From: Oscillospiraceae bacterium
GTDB taxonomy: Bacteria > Bacillota > Clostridia > Oscillospirales > UBA929
Length of the DNA stretch: 64,000 nucleotides
Reading direction: 5' to 3'
Assembly: GCA_009780275.1 (NCBI GenBank)
Contig: WRAI01000007.1
Span: 10,883 to 74,882, forward strand
Position numbers and translations under genes: made by a program. Position 1 is the first letter of the stretch, and each line of letters begins with the position of its first letter. The notes below the pieces were generated by a model. It did no database searches. It had not been told where the DNA came from and worked only from the letters and a program-made list of their open reading frames with translations. Below, one piece after another: positions 26,226 through 35,687 of the stretch.

Positions 26226-27278
26226 TTATGTCCAACGCGGGATGCCGTGGTAGGCGCGCTTGACAACGTCATACCACTCTGGCGCAGCGTTCAGTCGCAC
26301 AGGGGCTTGCCAGAAAAACTGCTCTTCCAACAGCGTGGCCAGATCGACTTGGTTGTTAACGGTAAAGTTGTCACCGTCCGGTGCGTCAACAGAATAAACA
26401 CCGCGGTTGTCGGCTGTTATGCTGTCATGTAGTGGGGCAGGGGGGGCAACTTTTGTGCCTTTTAAGTTTTTGGCGATGCCGGCGATATGTTTCGCTGTGC
26501 CGCCGCAACATACACCGAAGTATTGCACGCCCAGCGTTGCCAGTTCGCGATGATGGTGCGTGAGCTCTTCGGGCGTAATGTGATAATTGCCGTCGCCATC
26601 GGGCAAGCCCGCGTTGGGCAGGTAGAGTAACGGCACTTCTGCGTATGACCGCAACCGTGCAAACAAAGGCAACGGGTCAAGGGCAATGCAGTTTAGCCCG
26701 AAGGCTTGCACGCTCATTGATTGCGCAATCATCAAGGCGGCTTCAATATCCGACCCCGACAGCGTCTTGCCTTTTTGGTTGCAAGTGAAACTGACAAAAA
26801 TAGGTTTGTCGCTTACATCTTGAATGGCCAGAATCGCCGCCCGCATTTCTACAACATCGGTCAGCGTTTCGACATAGAAATAATCCACACCCGCTTCATG
26901 CAAGGCCCGTGCTTGTGTGGTATAGAGGGCAATCAGCTCATCAAAGGCAGTATCGCCATATGGCGGCGTGAATAGTCCAAGTGATGCCATATTACCTGCT
27001 ATTAATGTGTCGTTTGACACATTTTGTTTTGTCATAGCAACCAGTTGCTTGTTAATTTCGGCAACGTTATCTTGTAAGCCATATTCGCCCAAACGGATGG
27101 CATTTGCACCAAACGTCGGCGCGGCAATGCGCTGCGCCCCCGCGTTGATATAGCCGTGCTGAATCGCTCGCAACGCCTCGGGATGCTCGATTGTCCACTG
27201 CTCGGGACATACGCCCGATGGCATACCTTGGGCTTGGAGGGCGGTACCGATAGGGCCGCCTAGGATGGTTGGTTGCAT
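26226..27278 (-). CDS. homocysteine S-methyltransferase family protein (MetH Hcy-binding-domain-like)
   Basis: GGPIGTALQ…, GLNC, and VCCGGT Zn/Hcy-binding motifs. Extra ~60-aa C-terminal extension. Confidence 0.85.
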   Translation of the reverse strand: MQPTILGGPIGTALQAQGMPSGVCPEQWTIEHPEALRAIQHGYINAGAQRIAAPTFGANAIRLGEYGLQDNVAEINKQLVAMTKQNVSNDTLIAGNMASLGLFTPPYGDTAFDELIALYTTQARALHEAGVDYFYVETLTDVVEMRAAILAIQDVSDKPIFVSFTCNQKGKTLSGSDIEAALMIAQSMSVQAFGLNCIALDPLPLFARLRSYAEVPLLYLPNAGLPDGDGNYHITPEELTHHHRELATLGVQYFGVCCGGTAKHIAGIAKNLKGTKVAPPAPLHDSITADNRGVYSVDAPDGDNFTVNNQVDLATLLEEQFFWQAPVRLNAAPEWYDVVKRAYHGIPRWT

Positions 27279-27295
27279 AGTAATATCCTCCCAAT

Positions 27296-27333
27296 CCTCT
27301 TTTGCAAAGAGGGTGCCGTCGCAACGGCAGGTG
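27296..27333. repeat. solo copy of the double-hairpin repeat that flanks the DUF559 gene
   Basis: CCTCTTTTGCAAAGAGGGTGCCGTCGCAACGGCAGGTG versus 45070..45108 CCTCTTTCAGAAAAGAGGGTGCCGTCGCAACGGCGGGTG. The two are near-identical. Confidence 0.7.
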
Positions 27334-27338
27334 CGTTC

Positions 27339-27740
27339 TTATTTGTGCTTAGGTTTATGTGTAGACTCGTTTGGATATATATAAGATCGGGTAGTGTAGA
27401 CTAAGGACTCGACGAGCTTGTTTAATTCGCAGTAGTCCGGTTTTTGTTTGGCAGCTATGCTTTTGAGCGCTATTTTTGCTGATATTCTTTGTTCGCTATT
27501 CCCATAAATATCAAGCAGAACGAGCTTGTCCCGTAGTGTAGTATAATTTTCGTCACTAAGCGGCTTAGAGTCCTCCAATATTGTCAAAGCAGACAAAAGA
27601 GTTTGGGCTATATCAATCAAAGCGGTTAGCCATCTGTTGTCCTCTCTTGCATTTCGATTGGCCAAATGGGCAACAATTCCGGCAACAACAGCACTAGTGA
27701 TAGCACTTGAAAATAAAACAATGACTTCTAACAATCCCAT
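27339..27740 (-). CDS. hypothetical N-terminally membrane-anchored protein
   Basis: MGLLEVIVLFSSAITSAVVAGIVAHL… The start lies 2 nt after the argS stop. The gene is visibly A+T-richer than its neighbours. No family recognised. Confidence 0.55.
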   Translation of the reverse strand: MGLLEVIVLFSSAITSAVVAGIVAHLANRNAREDNRWLTALIDIAQTLLSALTILEDSKPLSDENYTTLRDKLVLLDIYGNSEQRISAKIALKSIAAKQKPDYCELNKLVESLVYTTRSYIYPNESTHKPKHK

Positions 27741-27742
27741 AA

Positions 27743-29434
27743 CTACATCTTCTCCGGCGCACTCACTTTCAACAACGCCAACCCGTTGCGCAACACTTGC
27801 CGCGTGGCATTCGCTAACGCCAGCCGTGCATCGCGCAATGCCGGTTCGGCGTCTTTGATGCGGCAAGCATTGTAGAATCTATGAAACGCCGCCGCGCAGT
27901 CGAGCAAGTAGCGGTTGACGCGGTATGGCTGCCGTGTTTCCGCCGCACCCGCAATTTCTTCGGGGAAGTAGGCCAGGATTTTCAACAAAGCAAGCTCGGT
28001 TTCATGTGTGAGCAGTGCAGCATCAATCGTAGGGGCGGGGTTAGCCTGCTCATTTTCAGCCATCAGCTTATCCATAATGCTGCAAATTCGTGCATGCGCA
28101 TACTGCACATAATACACAGGATTGTCGCTGTCCTCGCGCACGGCAAGCCCCATGTCAAATTCCAAATGCGTGTCGGTACTGCGGTTATTAAAAAAGAACC
28201 GAGCTGCGTCAACACTGATTTCGTCGAGCAAGTCGGCCAATCGTATGGCGCGGCCTGTGCGCTTAGACATACGCACGCTTTCGCCGTCGCGCAAGAGGTT
28301 GACCAGTTGATATAGTGAAAATTGCAGACGATTGCCGTCAATGTCCAATGCTTCCAAGCCGGCACGAAAACGGACGGCGTGGCCATGGTGGTCGGCACCC
28401 AACACGTCAATTACCATGTCGAAACCGCGCTTTTCCAGCTTGTCGCGGTGATAGGCAATGTCTACGGCATAGTAAGTGTAGCTGCCGTCCGATTTGACCA
28501 GCACATAGTCTTGGTCACAGCCGAATTGGCTCGACTTAAACCAAGTTGCACCGTCTTTTTCATAGAGATGGCCCTTTTGCTGCAATAAGTTCAGTGTTTC
28601 GGCGACGTAACCGCTTTTGTGTAATGATGACTCATGGAACCACTCGTTGTATTCAATGCGATACCGCGCCAAATCGTGTTTAAGTGCCGCAGTATTGCGC
28701 GACAACCCGAATTGCACCATATCGTGCAATGCCGTTTTTTCGTCAACATCAAGGTAGCTTTCGCCGTGCTCGGCAATAAACGCATCGGCCAAATCCCAAA
28801 CATCGTCGCCTTGATAGCCTTTTTCAGGAAAAATGATGGCACCCTCACCTTTGAGGCGTTGGATATAGCGCGCACGAATCGACTGTGCCAGTAGGGAAAC
28901 TTGATTGCCGGCATCGTTGACATAAAATTCGCGCCAAACGTTGTAGCCCGCCGCTTCAAGCACTGATGAAAGTGCGTCGCCCAGTACACCGCCGCGTGCG
29001 TTGCCCAGCGTCATCGGGCCGGTCGGGTTGGCGGACACGAACTCTACCATCACACGTTTGCCCTGCCCGGCATTGCTTTTGCCGTAATCGTCACCGATTT
29101 GTGCAATGGCAGTCAGTACAACTTCACGCCATGCGTCGCCGTAAAATAAATTGATAAAACCGGCACCGGCAATGTCGACTTTGCAGAAATAACTGCCTTG
29201 CAAGTTGAGCCGTTCGGTAATGGCTTGTGCGATGGCGCGGGGCGGCATTTTCAACGCCTTTGCCGCGGCAAGTGCGAAATTGCTTGACACGTCGCCGTGG
29301 CTTGCCTCTTTGGGGATTTCACAACCACCCAAATCCGCGCCCTCGGGCAATACGCCGTCAGAAACAGCTTGTCCGTAAGCGTTTTGGATGATTGTTTTAC
29401 ATTGCTCGAAAGCAAGTTGCGTGAGATTTAGCAT
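27743..29434 (-). CDS. argS: arginine--tRNA ligase
   Basis: 563 aa with SANPTGPMTLGNARG (HIGH-type) and MSKRTG (KMSK-type) motifs. Confidence 0.97.
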   Translation of the reverse strand: MLNLTQLAFEQCKTIIQNAYGQAVSDGVLPEGADLGGCEIPKEASHGDVSSNFALAAAKALKMPPRAIAQAITERLNLQGSYFCKVDIAGAGFINLFYGDAWREVVLTAIAQIGDDYGKSNAGQGKRVMVEFVSANPTGPMTLGNARGGVLGDALSSVLEAAGYNVWREFYVNDAGNQVSLLAQSIRARYIQRLKGEGAIIFPEKGYQGDDVWDLADAFIAEHGESYLDVDEKTALHDMVQFGLSRNTAALKHDLARYRIEYNEWFHESSLHKSGYVAETLNLLQQKGHLYEKDGATWFKSSQFGCDQDYVLVKSDGSYTYYAVDIAYHRDKLEKRGFDMVIDVLGADHHGHAVRFRAGLEALDIDGNRLQFSLYQLVNLLRDGESVRMSKRTGRAIRLADLLDEISVDAARFFFNNRSTDTHLEFDMGLAVREDSDNPVYYVQYAHARICSIMDKLMAENEQANPAPTIDAALLTHETELALLKILAYFPEEIAGAAETRQPYRVNRYLLDCAAAFHRFYNACRIKDAEPALRDARLALANATRQVLRNGLALLKVSAPEKM

Positions 29435-29856
29435 AGCACATCCCCCTTAACTCTGACAAAAATCGAATTTGTACCGGTCTTTTGGTGGTCAACTTCGATG
29501 TCATACACCAAGCTGAGCGTACCACCGCTGTCGTCGAAATCGCCCGCAATTTTGCGTGCGCAGACACCAACCGTCAGTGCGCCCACAGGCGTTTCGGTAA
29601 ACGAAACATGTTTGCGGTCTTTTTCAAAAACCATTTGCGCCACAACGTCGCCTGTGCGACGCATTTCCACACGCTCGGGTTCAATATTGAATGTCGTTGT
29701 TGTGCCGTCCATGCCGGTCAATTCGCTTTCGTTGTACTCAACGACATAGCGGCCGTCTTCTTTATAAAAGCGCCCGCCGGTAATCAGCTCAACAGGCGTT
29801 TCTTGCTCAAATTGCCCGACGTTGATGCCCAGAATAGAAATCAATGCGTTATCCAT
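29428..29856 (-). CDS. DUF1934 (YwiB-like) beta-barrel protein
   Basis: Typical argS-upstream partner in Firmicutes, with a sequence pattern consistent with DUF1934. Overlaps the argS start. Confidence 0.85.
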   Translation of the reverse strand: MDNALISILGINVGQFEQETPVELITGGRFYKEDGRYVVEYNESELTGMDGTTTTFNIEPERVEMRRTGDVVAQMVFEKDRKHVSFTETPVGALTVGVCARKIAGDFDDSGGTLSLVYDIEVDHQKTGTNSIFVRVKGDVLC

Positions 29857-29969
29857 GAAAAAAATAGGTTCTCCTTTACAAGGCAATTACCAAATCGCCC
29901 ACGTTCCTGAATCCATAAAGTATATCACAATAGCAGGGTGAGGTCAACCCGCCAAAGCACATCTTTGCA

Positions 29970-30776
29970 TTACGCCCCCGGCTTGTCGGCCATATCAAAA
30001 AACTCGTGCTGCAAATTGGCAGCATTGTCGTTGAGTTTGATGCTTTGTATGGTGGCAACTAAGTCATTGACGAAAAAATCACGCCATGCCGCGCCGCGTT
30101 CGGCGGTTGCGCCGGTAGGGTCACCGGCAACATGATGCGGGTAATCGCCGTAGAAATGTAGGCCCGTATATGCGTTGTGCAAATGCTTCAGGTTGCCTTG
30201 TGGCTGTGTTTGCTCGACTTGCAGGTTCTCCATGGCAACCAGCGACTCAGAAATCGACATAATAAACCCGGTTTCGTTAATATCAGCGTGTCCGCCGCCT
30301 TCGCCTTGCGGTGCACCGTATTTAGCGTTGAGATGTATGGTCATTTCATGCGAAAAGTTTGGAATATGCGCATAAACTGTATAATCACGCCGTTTGTCCA
30401 GCTGTGATTGCGCAAAATAGCGCAGCATATGCGTATTGCCGCCGTGCGAACAGACTAATATAATTTTATCCAGCCCATTGCGGGCGATTTCATCGCACAA
30501 GGCTTGCATGAGTTCCATTTGCAAGTTGGCTTCCAAAGCAACCGCGCCCATGTAATGCCGCACTTCGCTGACTTGCCCAAACGGGTACGATGGAAACACG
30601 ACCGCCGTTTCCATCGCCGCCGCGCGCAAGCAGACGTCGCGGCCAAAGAACAAGTCGGTGCCGAGCGGCAGGTGGTCACCGTGCTTTTCGATGCAGCCAA
30701 TGGGTACAAGGCATACGCCCTTGCTGTCTTTCACGGCTTGCGTAAATTGTTGGATGTTTAGTGTTTCCCAGTTCAT
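29970..30776 (-). CDS. creatininase family amidohydrolase
   Basis: LVPIGCIEKHGDHLPLGTD…, VCSHGGN motifs. Confidence 0.88.
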   Translation of the reverse strand: MNWETLNIQQFTQAVKDSKGVCLVPIGCIEKHGDHLPLGTDLFFGRDVCLRAAAMETAVVFPSYPFGQVSEVRHYMGAVALEANLQMELMQALCDEIARNGLDKIILVCSHGGNTHMLRYFAQSQLDKRRDYTVYAHIPNFSHEMTIHLNAKYGAPQGEGGGHADINETGFIMSISESLVAMENLQVEQTQPQGNLKHLHNAYTGLHFYGDYPHHVAGDPTGATAERGAAWRDFFVNDLVATIQSIKLNDNAANLQHEFFDMADKPGA

Positions 30777-30796
30777 GATGTGGTCTCCTTTAATGT

Positions 30797-31225
30797 TTAT
30801 TCGGCGCGTTGATAGATTGAGGGGATTGATAAATAAACGTCATTGCCAACAGCGGCTTTTTGGAAGCCAAGCCTTTCGTAAAAACCGGCTATGTCTTTCG
30901 TTGTCCCAAGCAACCATTCCGAATTTGGAAAGTGCGCAATGCACCGTTTTACCAGTTCGCTGCCGATTCCCTTGCGTTGGAATTCAGGGTGAACGACCAA
31001 ATCGTAAATGATTGACCGCATTATTTTGTCGCTCAATACCCGTACTGCGCCAACCAAGCGTTCCTCTTCCCACGCGGAGATAACTAGTGTTGAGTTTACA
31101 AACGGCATATTGAAGTATTGAGTCATCGAACCGTCAGCCCCGTCAGACCAGTCCGCGGATACAAATAATTTTTCCAGCTGCTCGCAGGGCAAGTCTTTTT
31201 TTGTAGTGTTGTAAGTGATGTTCAT
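30797..31225 (-). CDS. GNAT family N-acetyltransferase
   Basis: VVHPEFQRKGIGSELVKRCI…FYERLGF motif A/B. Confidence 0.85.
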   Translation of the reverse strand: MNITYNTTKKDLPCEQLEKLFVSADWSDGADGSMTQYFNMPFVNSTLVISAWEEERLVGAVRVLSDKIMRSIIYDLVVHPEFQRKGIGSELVKRCIAHFPNSEWLLGTTKDIAGFYERLGFQKAAVGNDVYLSIPSIYQRAE

Positions 31226-31226
31226 A

Positions 31227-31727
31227 TTATTCTCCCTGCCGCTCTAGCGCCGCCACCATCGGCGCGTGGAAACTGTGGCACAACGCCACTGCCAACGCGT
31301 CTGCGGCATCGTCGGGGGTTGGTTTTTTTGCCAATTTCAGCAATTGCTGCGTCATTTTAATCATCTGCGGCTTGGTTGCCTTGCCGTAGCCCGTGACCGT
31401 CAGTTTTATGCTGCCCGGGTTGTACTCGTGCACGGGAATCATTGCCGCCGCAGCCGCCAGTAAGATAATGCCGCGGGCGTGTGAAACTTGAATGCCTGTT
31501 GTGATGTTTTGGTTAAAAAACAACTCCTCAACCGCCATCACATCGGGCTTTAACGCTTGCAGCAATTCAGTCATATCGTTATGAATTGTCAGCAATCGTG
31601 TCGCCAGCGGCAGCCCGGGCGTGGTGCGGATGACGCCGTATTTGACAGCGCGGTTTTCATGCCCAAACTTCTCAATCAGCCCGAATCCAATCGTGCCCAA
31701 CCCCGGGTCAATGCCTAGGATTCGCAT
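31227..31727 (-). CDS. ruvC: crossover junction endodeoxyribonuclease RuvC
   Basis: MRILGIDPGLGTIGFGLIE…, AVEELFFN, DAADALAVALCH. Confidence 0.93.
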   Translation of the reverse strand: MRILGIDPGLGTIGFGLIEKFGHENRAVKYGVIRTTPGLPLATRLLTIHNDMTELLQALKPDVMAVEELFFNQNITTGIQVSHARGIILLAAAAAMIPVHEYNPGSIKLTVTGYGKATKPQMIKMTQQLLKLAKKPTPDDAADALAVALCHSFHAPMVAALERQGE

Positions 31728-32947
31728 AACTTCTCCACCGCCCGCATGAGGCAAATTTTGCCTGATTCATACGTCAACCCGCCTTGCAAGTACGCCGCAA
31801 ACGGCTCACGAATCGGCGCGTCGCACGACAGTTCAATCGACGCGCCTTGCACAAACGTGCCTGCCGCCATAATTACGTCACAGCCATAGCCCGGCATAGG
31901 CCACGGCTCGGGCGTAACAAAACTGTCAACCGGCGAACCGTACTGGATATTGCGGCAAAACGCAAGCAATGGTTCTGCCGTGCCGAACGCAATACGTGTG
32001 ATGATGTCACTGCGCTGCTCGTCGCGCGTTGGCGAGGTGTCATAGCCCAGAAACGACAGCACTTCTGCCGCCACTGCGCTGATTTTCAAGGCTTGATTAA
32101 CCGTGTGCGGCGCAAGAAAGAACCCTTGAAACAGCAATCGGTTCTGCCCTAACGTCGCCCCGCAATGCCCTGCAATGCCGGGAGCTGTCATACGCGCTGC
32201 CGCCGCCTCGACCAAATCGGCACGTCCGCAAATGTATCCACCGCACGGTGCCAGCCCGCCGCCGGGGTTTTTAATTAGTGATCCGACAGCGATATCTGCG
32301 CCCACGTGCGTGGGTTCGCGCGTATCGGTGAATTCGCCGTAACAATTGTCGACTACGATATTGATGGCGGGGTTGCGCGATTTTACAAAACTGCAAATTG
32401 CGCCGATTTCGTCAATCGTCAACGCCTTGCGCGCGCTGTACCCGCGCGAACGTTGGATTAACACTGCGCCCGAAACACCGTCAATTGCCGCGCCCAGTGC
32501 CTTGAAGTCGACTGCACCGTCTGCCAATGGCTCAACTTGGCGGTATTCTATATTAAACGTATCAAACGAGCCAACATTGCCCGCGATTACACCTTGCAAC
32601 GTGTCGTACGGCGCACCGTACGCCGAGATTAGCGTTTCACTAGGCTTAATTGCCCCAAATAGCGCACAGGAAATTGCGTGTGTGCCGCTGACAAATTGCG
32701 TACGCACCAGCGCCGTTTCCGCGCCGAATACATCGGCGTAAATGCTTTCGAGTGCTGTGCGCCCGGCGTCATCATAGCCGTAACCCGTTGTGCCGCCAAA
32801 CATGGCATCGCTTACGCGGTGCTTGGCGAATGCAATCAGTACGCGCTCGGTGTTGGCTGTGCTGATGGCGTCGAATTGGGCGAAGAGGGGGGCTAGAATT
32901 TGATCGGCCTGGGTGAATAACTCTGTAATATTAGGCATCGTTTTCAC
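31715..32947 (-). CDS. methionine gamma-lyase family / aluminium-resistance (YnbB-like) PLP enzyme
   Basis: FGGTTGYGYDDAGRTALESIYADVFGAETALVRTQFVSGTHAI is typical of the YnbB/Met_gamma_lyase family. Start uncertain: GTG at 32947 or ATG at 32938. Confidence 0.85.
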   Translation of the reverse strand: MKTMPNITELFTQADQILAPLFAQFDAISTANTERVLIAFAKHRVSDAMFGGTTGYGYDDAGRTALESIYADVFGAETALVRTQFVSGTHAISCALFGAIKPSETLISAYGAPYDTLQGVIAGNVGSFDTFNIEYRQVEPLADGAVDFKALGAAIDGVSGAVLIQRSRGYSARKALTIDEIGAICSFVKSRNPAINIVVDNCYGEFTDTREPTHVGADIAVGSLIKNPGGGLAPCGGYICGRADLVEAAAARMTAPGIAGHCGATLGQNRLLFQGFFLAPHTVNQALKISAVAAEVLSFLGYDTSPTRDEQRSDIITRIAFGTAEPLLAFCRNIQYGSPVDSFVTPEPWPMPGYGCDVIMAAGTFVQGASIELSCDAPIREPFAAYLQGGLTYESGKICLMRAVEKLCES

Positions 32948-33476
32948 TCAACACTTTCATAATTTTCATACATACATTGCAAGCTGAATAACAGTCGCTT
33001 GTATCAACTGTTACGCCAAGGTTTTCGGCATACGCTAACAAATTTCCAACACCGCCGTCCAGCAACGCGCGCGCTGTCGGGATTGTATAGGGGTCATACT
33101 TGTCGAGAATGGCCAAAACGTTTTTCTCGTAGACGTTGCCAACAGGAAAGTGGCAAAGCATCAAATCGCCGTTTGGACTAACTGAAATACTGTCAATCTC
33201 GTCAAGCCTATTGGTGTAGGGCATTTGACCGCATGGTACGGACAAGTTAATGTCTTTGGGCGGCGAGAAGTATTCACCCAAGAATGTAAGCGCGTTACCC
33301 GCAGGAGAAATATCATTTCCGCTTGAAGTGTCAATGCCCAGCTCATTGAAGGGTTGCAACAGTCGCTTAGTTTCAATATTATACGGGTTTTGATGGTCTT
33401 TATTTACAAGCCATGCAGGGTGGACACGCAATCTTGACACTTTACTAAGCAATAGTGCTTTGGCAAATAAAATCAC
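32931..33476 (-). pseudogene. C-terminal (SPASM/twitch-like) fragment of a radical SAM enzyme
   Basis: SISVSPNGDLMLCHFPVGNVYEKNVLAILDKY plus the terminal CYSACNVC cluster resemble a SPASM/twitch domain. The radical-SAM CxxxCxxC core is absent, and there is no room for it before the upstream gene's stop at 33531. Confidence 0.55.
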
Positions 33477-33530
33477 CGGTTCAATCGGTACATATCATGA
33501 AGAAATTATAACAGGAAAAGACGGGCGGTG

Positions 33531-34352
33531 TCAAATATCAAGCAACCACTTCACCACGCCATCCCTATCATTTTTGTCGCAAACAAAATCGGACGCTGCC
33601 CGAACCTCGGCAACGGCATTTTCTACGGAAACTTTGACATCGCAAGCCGCGAACAACGGCAAATCGTTGAGATTGTCACCAAACCCAATGAGCCGTTCAA
33701 AACCAAATGTTTCCCGCAAGTAATCGGCAGCAGTCTGTTTGGAGGCGTCAACGCTGAAAATCTCCAAGAACCAAAAACCTTTGCGATAGGTGTCGTGATA
33801 CAGTACGCAATTCAACCCCGACAGCACTTGCAGCGCGTTATAAATCGGCAAAAGCCGCTCATGTGTATCGAGCAGCGTGAAGTAGATGATATGTTTATAC
33901 GAGGCGTTGCTGAAGTTTTCAATATGCCGAAATCTTCTTTGATAGCTTGCGATGCGCTCGGCGATAAAATCGCGCATTATTTGTGACTTAGAGGCTTCGT
34001 GATAGGTTATAAATTCGCCGTCATTGCACTCGTACATAAAGGCGGTTGTATCAAATTGACGCAGTATGTTAATTATTGCCAAGGCAGCCTCGGGTGAAAG
34101 CGTGTTGATTTTGGCGTAACATTGCTGCTCCAAGTTGTATATCAACGCGCCGTTCATCAGAATAATAGGCAGGCGCAGATTGAGGTTCGCCAAAACTTTC
34201 TGCGTGGACTGTGATGCTCGCGCCGTAGCAACGGTAAAGTGCAAGCCGTCGGCAATCAGCGCGTTGAGTTTGTCAGTTGTATAGTCAGATAGCTCGGCGT
34301 TGCTGTTGAGCAGTGTGCCGTCAAGATCGGAGATATAAAGCGTCTTGCTCAC
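33531..34352 (-). CDS. Cof-type HAD-IIB family hydrolase
   Basis: LYISDLDGTLL, GDNLNDLPLF. GTG start in a GTGA overlap with the upstream stop, GGAG RBS. Confidence 0.88.
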   Translation of the reverse strand: MSKTLYISDLDGTLLNSNAELSDYTTDKLNALIADGLHFTVATARASQSTQKVLANLNLRLPIILMNGALIYNLEQQCYAKINTLSPEAALAIINILRQFDTTAFMYECNDGEFITYHEASKSQIMRDFIAERIASYQRRFRHIENFSNASYKHIIYFTLLDTHERLLPIYNALQVLSGLNCVLYHDTYRKGFWFLEIFSVDASKQTAADYLRETFGFERLIGFGDNLNDLPLFAACDVKVSVENAVAEVRAASDFVCDKNDRDGVVKWLLDI

Positions 34353-35107
34353 AGCAGCCGCTCCTGCAACCCCTGCTGATATGTTGCAAGATTTTCTAAA
34401 ATGCATTCATCTTGCCCGACAACAAATCGCACGATAAGGTTAAACGGCAGGTATTTTGGCTCAACGCACCAGAAGTTCATGCACTGCTGGTCGATGCCCC
34501 ATTTGTGCAGAAGCGTGAAATTCTCATAGATATACACAGGGCCGTGCCCGCCGGGAAAAGCGTATGACGTAAACGCGCGCTTGCCCAAGTGTTCCTCAAT
34601 ATCGGCAATGCAGCCAAAGACTTGCTCATGCAACTCGTCCGGCGACATGATGGCTGTGTTATCATGCATTTTTCCATGCGGTTGCATGGTGGCAAAGCCG
34701 CTGTCTTCCATGATTTTGGCTTCTTGCCACGTAAAATGCGGCGTACCCACAACACCGTCTTTGGGGCGCGCGCCCATGGTGTCAGTCACGATAAAAATGT
34801 CGGTATGTACGCCTAACCGCTTGCAAATTGGATAAGCAAGGGTGAAGTTGCTCTCATAACCGTCGTCCATTGTACAAACAAAGGGCTTATCCGGCCATTC
34901 GGCACGTTCGTTGATGCAGTCATAGCGCTGTTTCAGCGAGATAGGCGTGTAGCCGTCATTGAGCAAGGCCGTCATGTCTTGCTCAAATTTTGCGGCCGTC
35001 GATGTCGCGAACATGTCGCCTTCAACCTCTTCGGTGAAGTTGTGATAGGCAACGACAGGGCAGTTGATGAGCTGATTGGCTTGCGTGGAAAAATCTAGTT
35101 TTGGCAT
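34349..35107 (-). CDS. polysaccharide deacetylase (NodB homology) family protein
   Basis: CTMDDGYESN (TFDDG-type), HTDIFIV, QPHGKMH motifs. No signal peptide is obvious. Confidence 0.85.
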   Translation of the reverse strand: MPKLDFSTQANQLINCPVVAYHNFTEEVEGDMFATSTAAKFEQDMTALLNDGYTPISLKQRYDCINERAEWPDKPFVCTMDDGYESNFTLAYPICKRLGVHTDIFIVTDTMGARPKDGVVGTPHFTWQEAKIMEDSGFATMQPHGKMHDNTAIMSPDELHEQVFGCIADIEEHLGKRAFTSYAFPGGHGPVYIYENFTLLHKWGIDQQCMNFWCVEPKYLPFNLIVRFVVGQDECILENLATYQQGLQERLL

Positions 35108-35132
35108 GGTGTATCATCCTCTCATGTTTATA

Positions 35133-35165
35133 GCGAAAAGGCGACCGATGCAGCAAGGGTCGCCT
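35133..35165 (-). terminator. rho-independent terminator after sepF
   Basis: Minus strand: AGGCGACC-11 nt-GGTCGCCT followed by TTTTCG. Confidence 0.65.
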
Positions 35166-35185
35166 AAACAGTATATCACAAACAA

Positions 35186-35629
35186 TTAACCTATGTAAAC
35201 GTTCTCTAACTGCCCCAGCAAATCCTCAACAACGCCTTCGAGCTGCACGCAAGTCGGGGTTGCCATGTAAGTGTTGGTAGCAATAATTTGGAGCTGACCG
35301 TCCAGCGCGTTGACCACGCCGCCGATGAAATACAATAAGTTACGCGCGTCGTCCTTGTTGGTGCGCTCAAGGTTGATGACCAAGATATGACGATTGCGCA
35401 GGTGGTCGGCAATGCAATCATAGCTGTCCTTAAAGCTGTTGGGCGACAAGATGATAACACGGTGCTGCGTCGCCGCCATAATGTTGACGACTTTCTCATC
35501 GCTCGGCACTTGGGCCGTTTCTGCGTTTTTTTTGCGCAACGGTGGGAACAATTCGCCCCCGTTTGTCTCTTCGTCCAAATACTCGTCATCCGGTTTCAGA
35601 AAATCTTTAAGCGCATTAACAAATCCCAT
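35186..35629 (-). CDS. sepF: cell division protein SepF
   Basis: MGFVNALKDFL…, and a C-terminal SepF domain (VIILSPNSFKDSYDCIADHLRNRHILVINL…). AAGGAG RBS. Confidence 0.9.
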   Translation of the reverse strand: MGFVNALKDFLKPDDEYLDEETNGGELFPPLRKKNAETAQVPSDEKVVNIMAATQHRVIILSPNSFKDSYDCIADHLRNRHILVINLERTNKDDARNLLYFIGGVVNALDGQLQIIATNTYMATPTCVQLEGVVEDLLGQLENVYIG

Positions 35630-35654
35630 AGTAAGTATCTCCTTGTGACTTTTT

Positions 35655-35684
35655 GTAGGGCGCGGTGACTCGCAACGCGCCAAG
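35655..35684. repeat. GC-rich 'GTAGGGCG' intergenic hairpin
   Basis: TGTAGGGCGCG-gtgactcgcaa-CGCGCCAAG, between the yggS stop and the sepF start. Confidence 0.5.
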
Positions 35685-35687
35685 GTT

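Noticed and set aside
27741-27866. N-terminal extension of ORF 27339..27866 into argS
   Set aside because: The extension overlaps the argS 3' end in another frame. The internal Met at 27740 begins a TM helix directly after the argS stop.
29857-29969. Possible T-box leader upstream of the DUF1934-argS operon
   Set aside because: The intergenic region is only ~110 nt and lacks T-box and specifier features.
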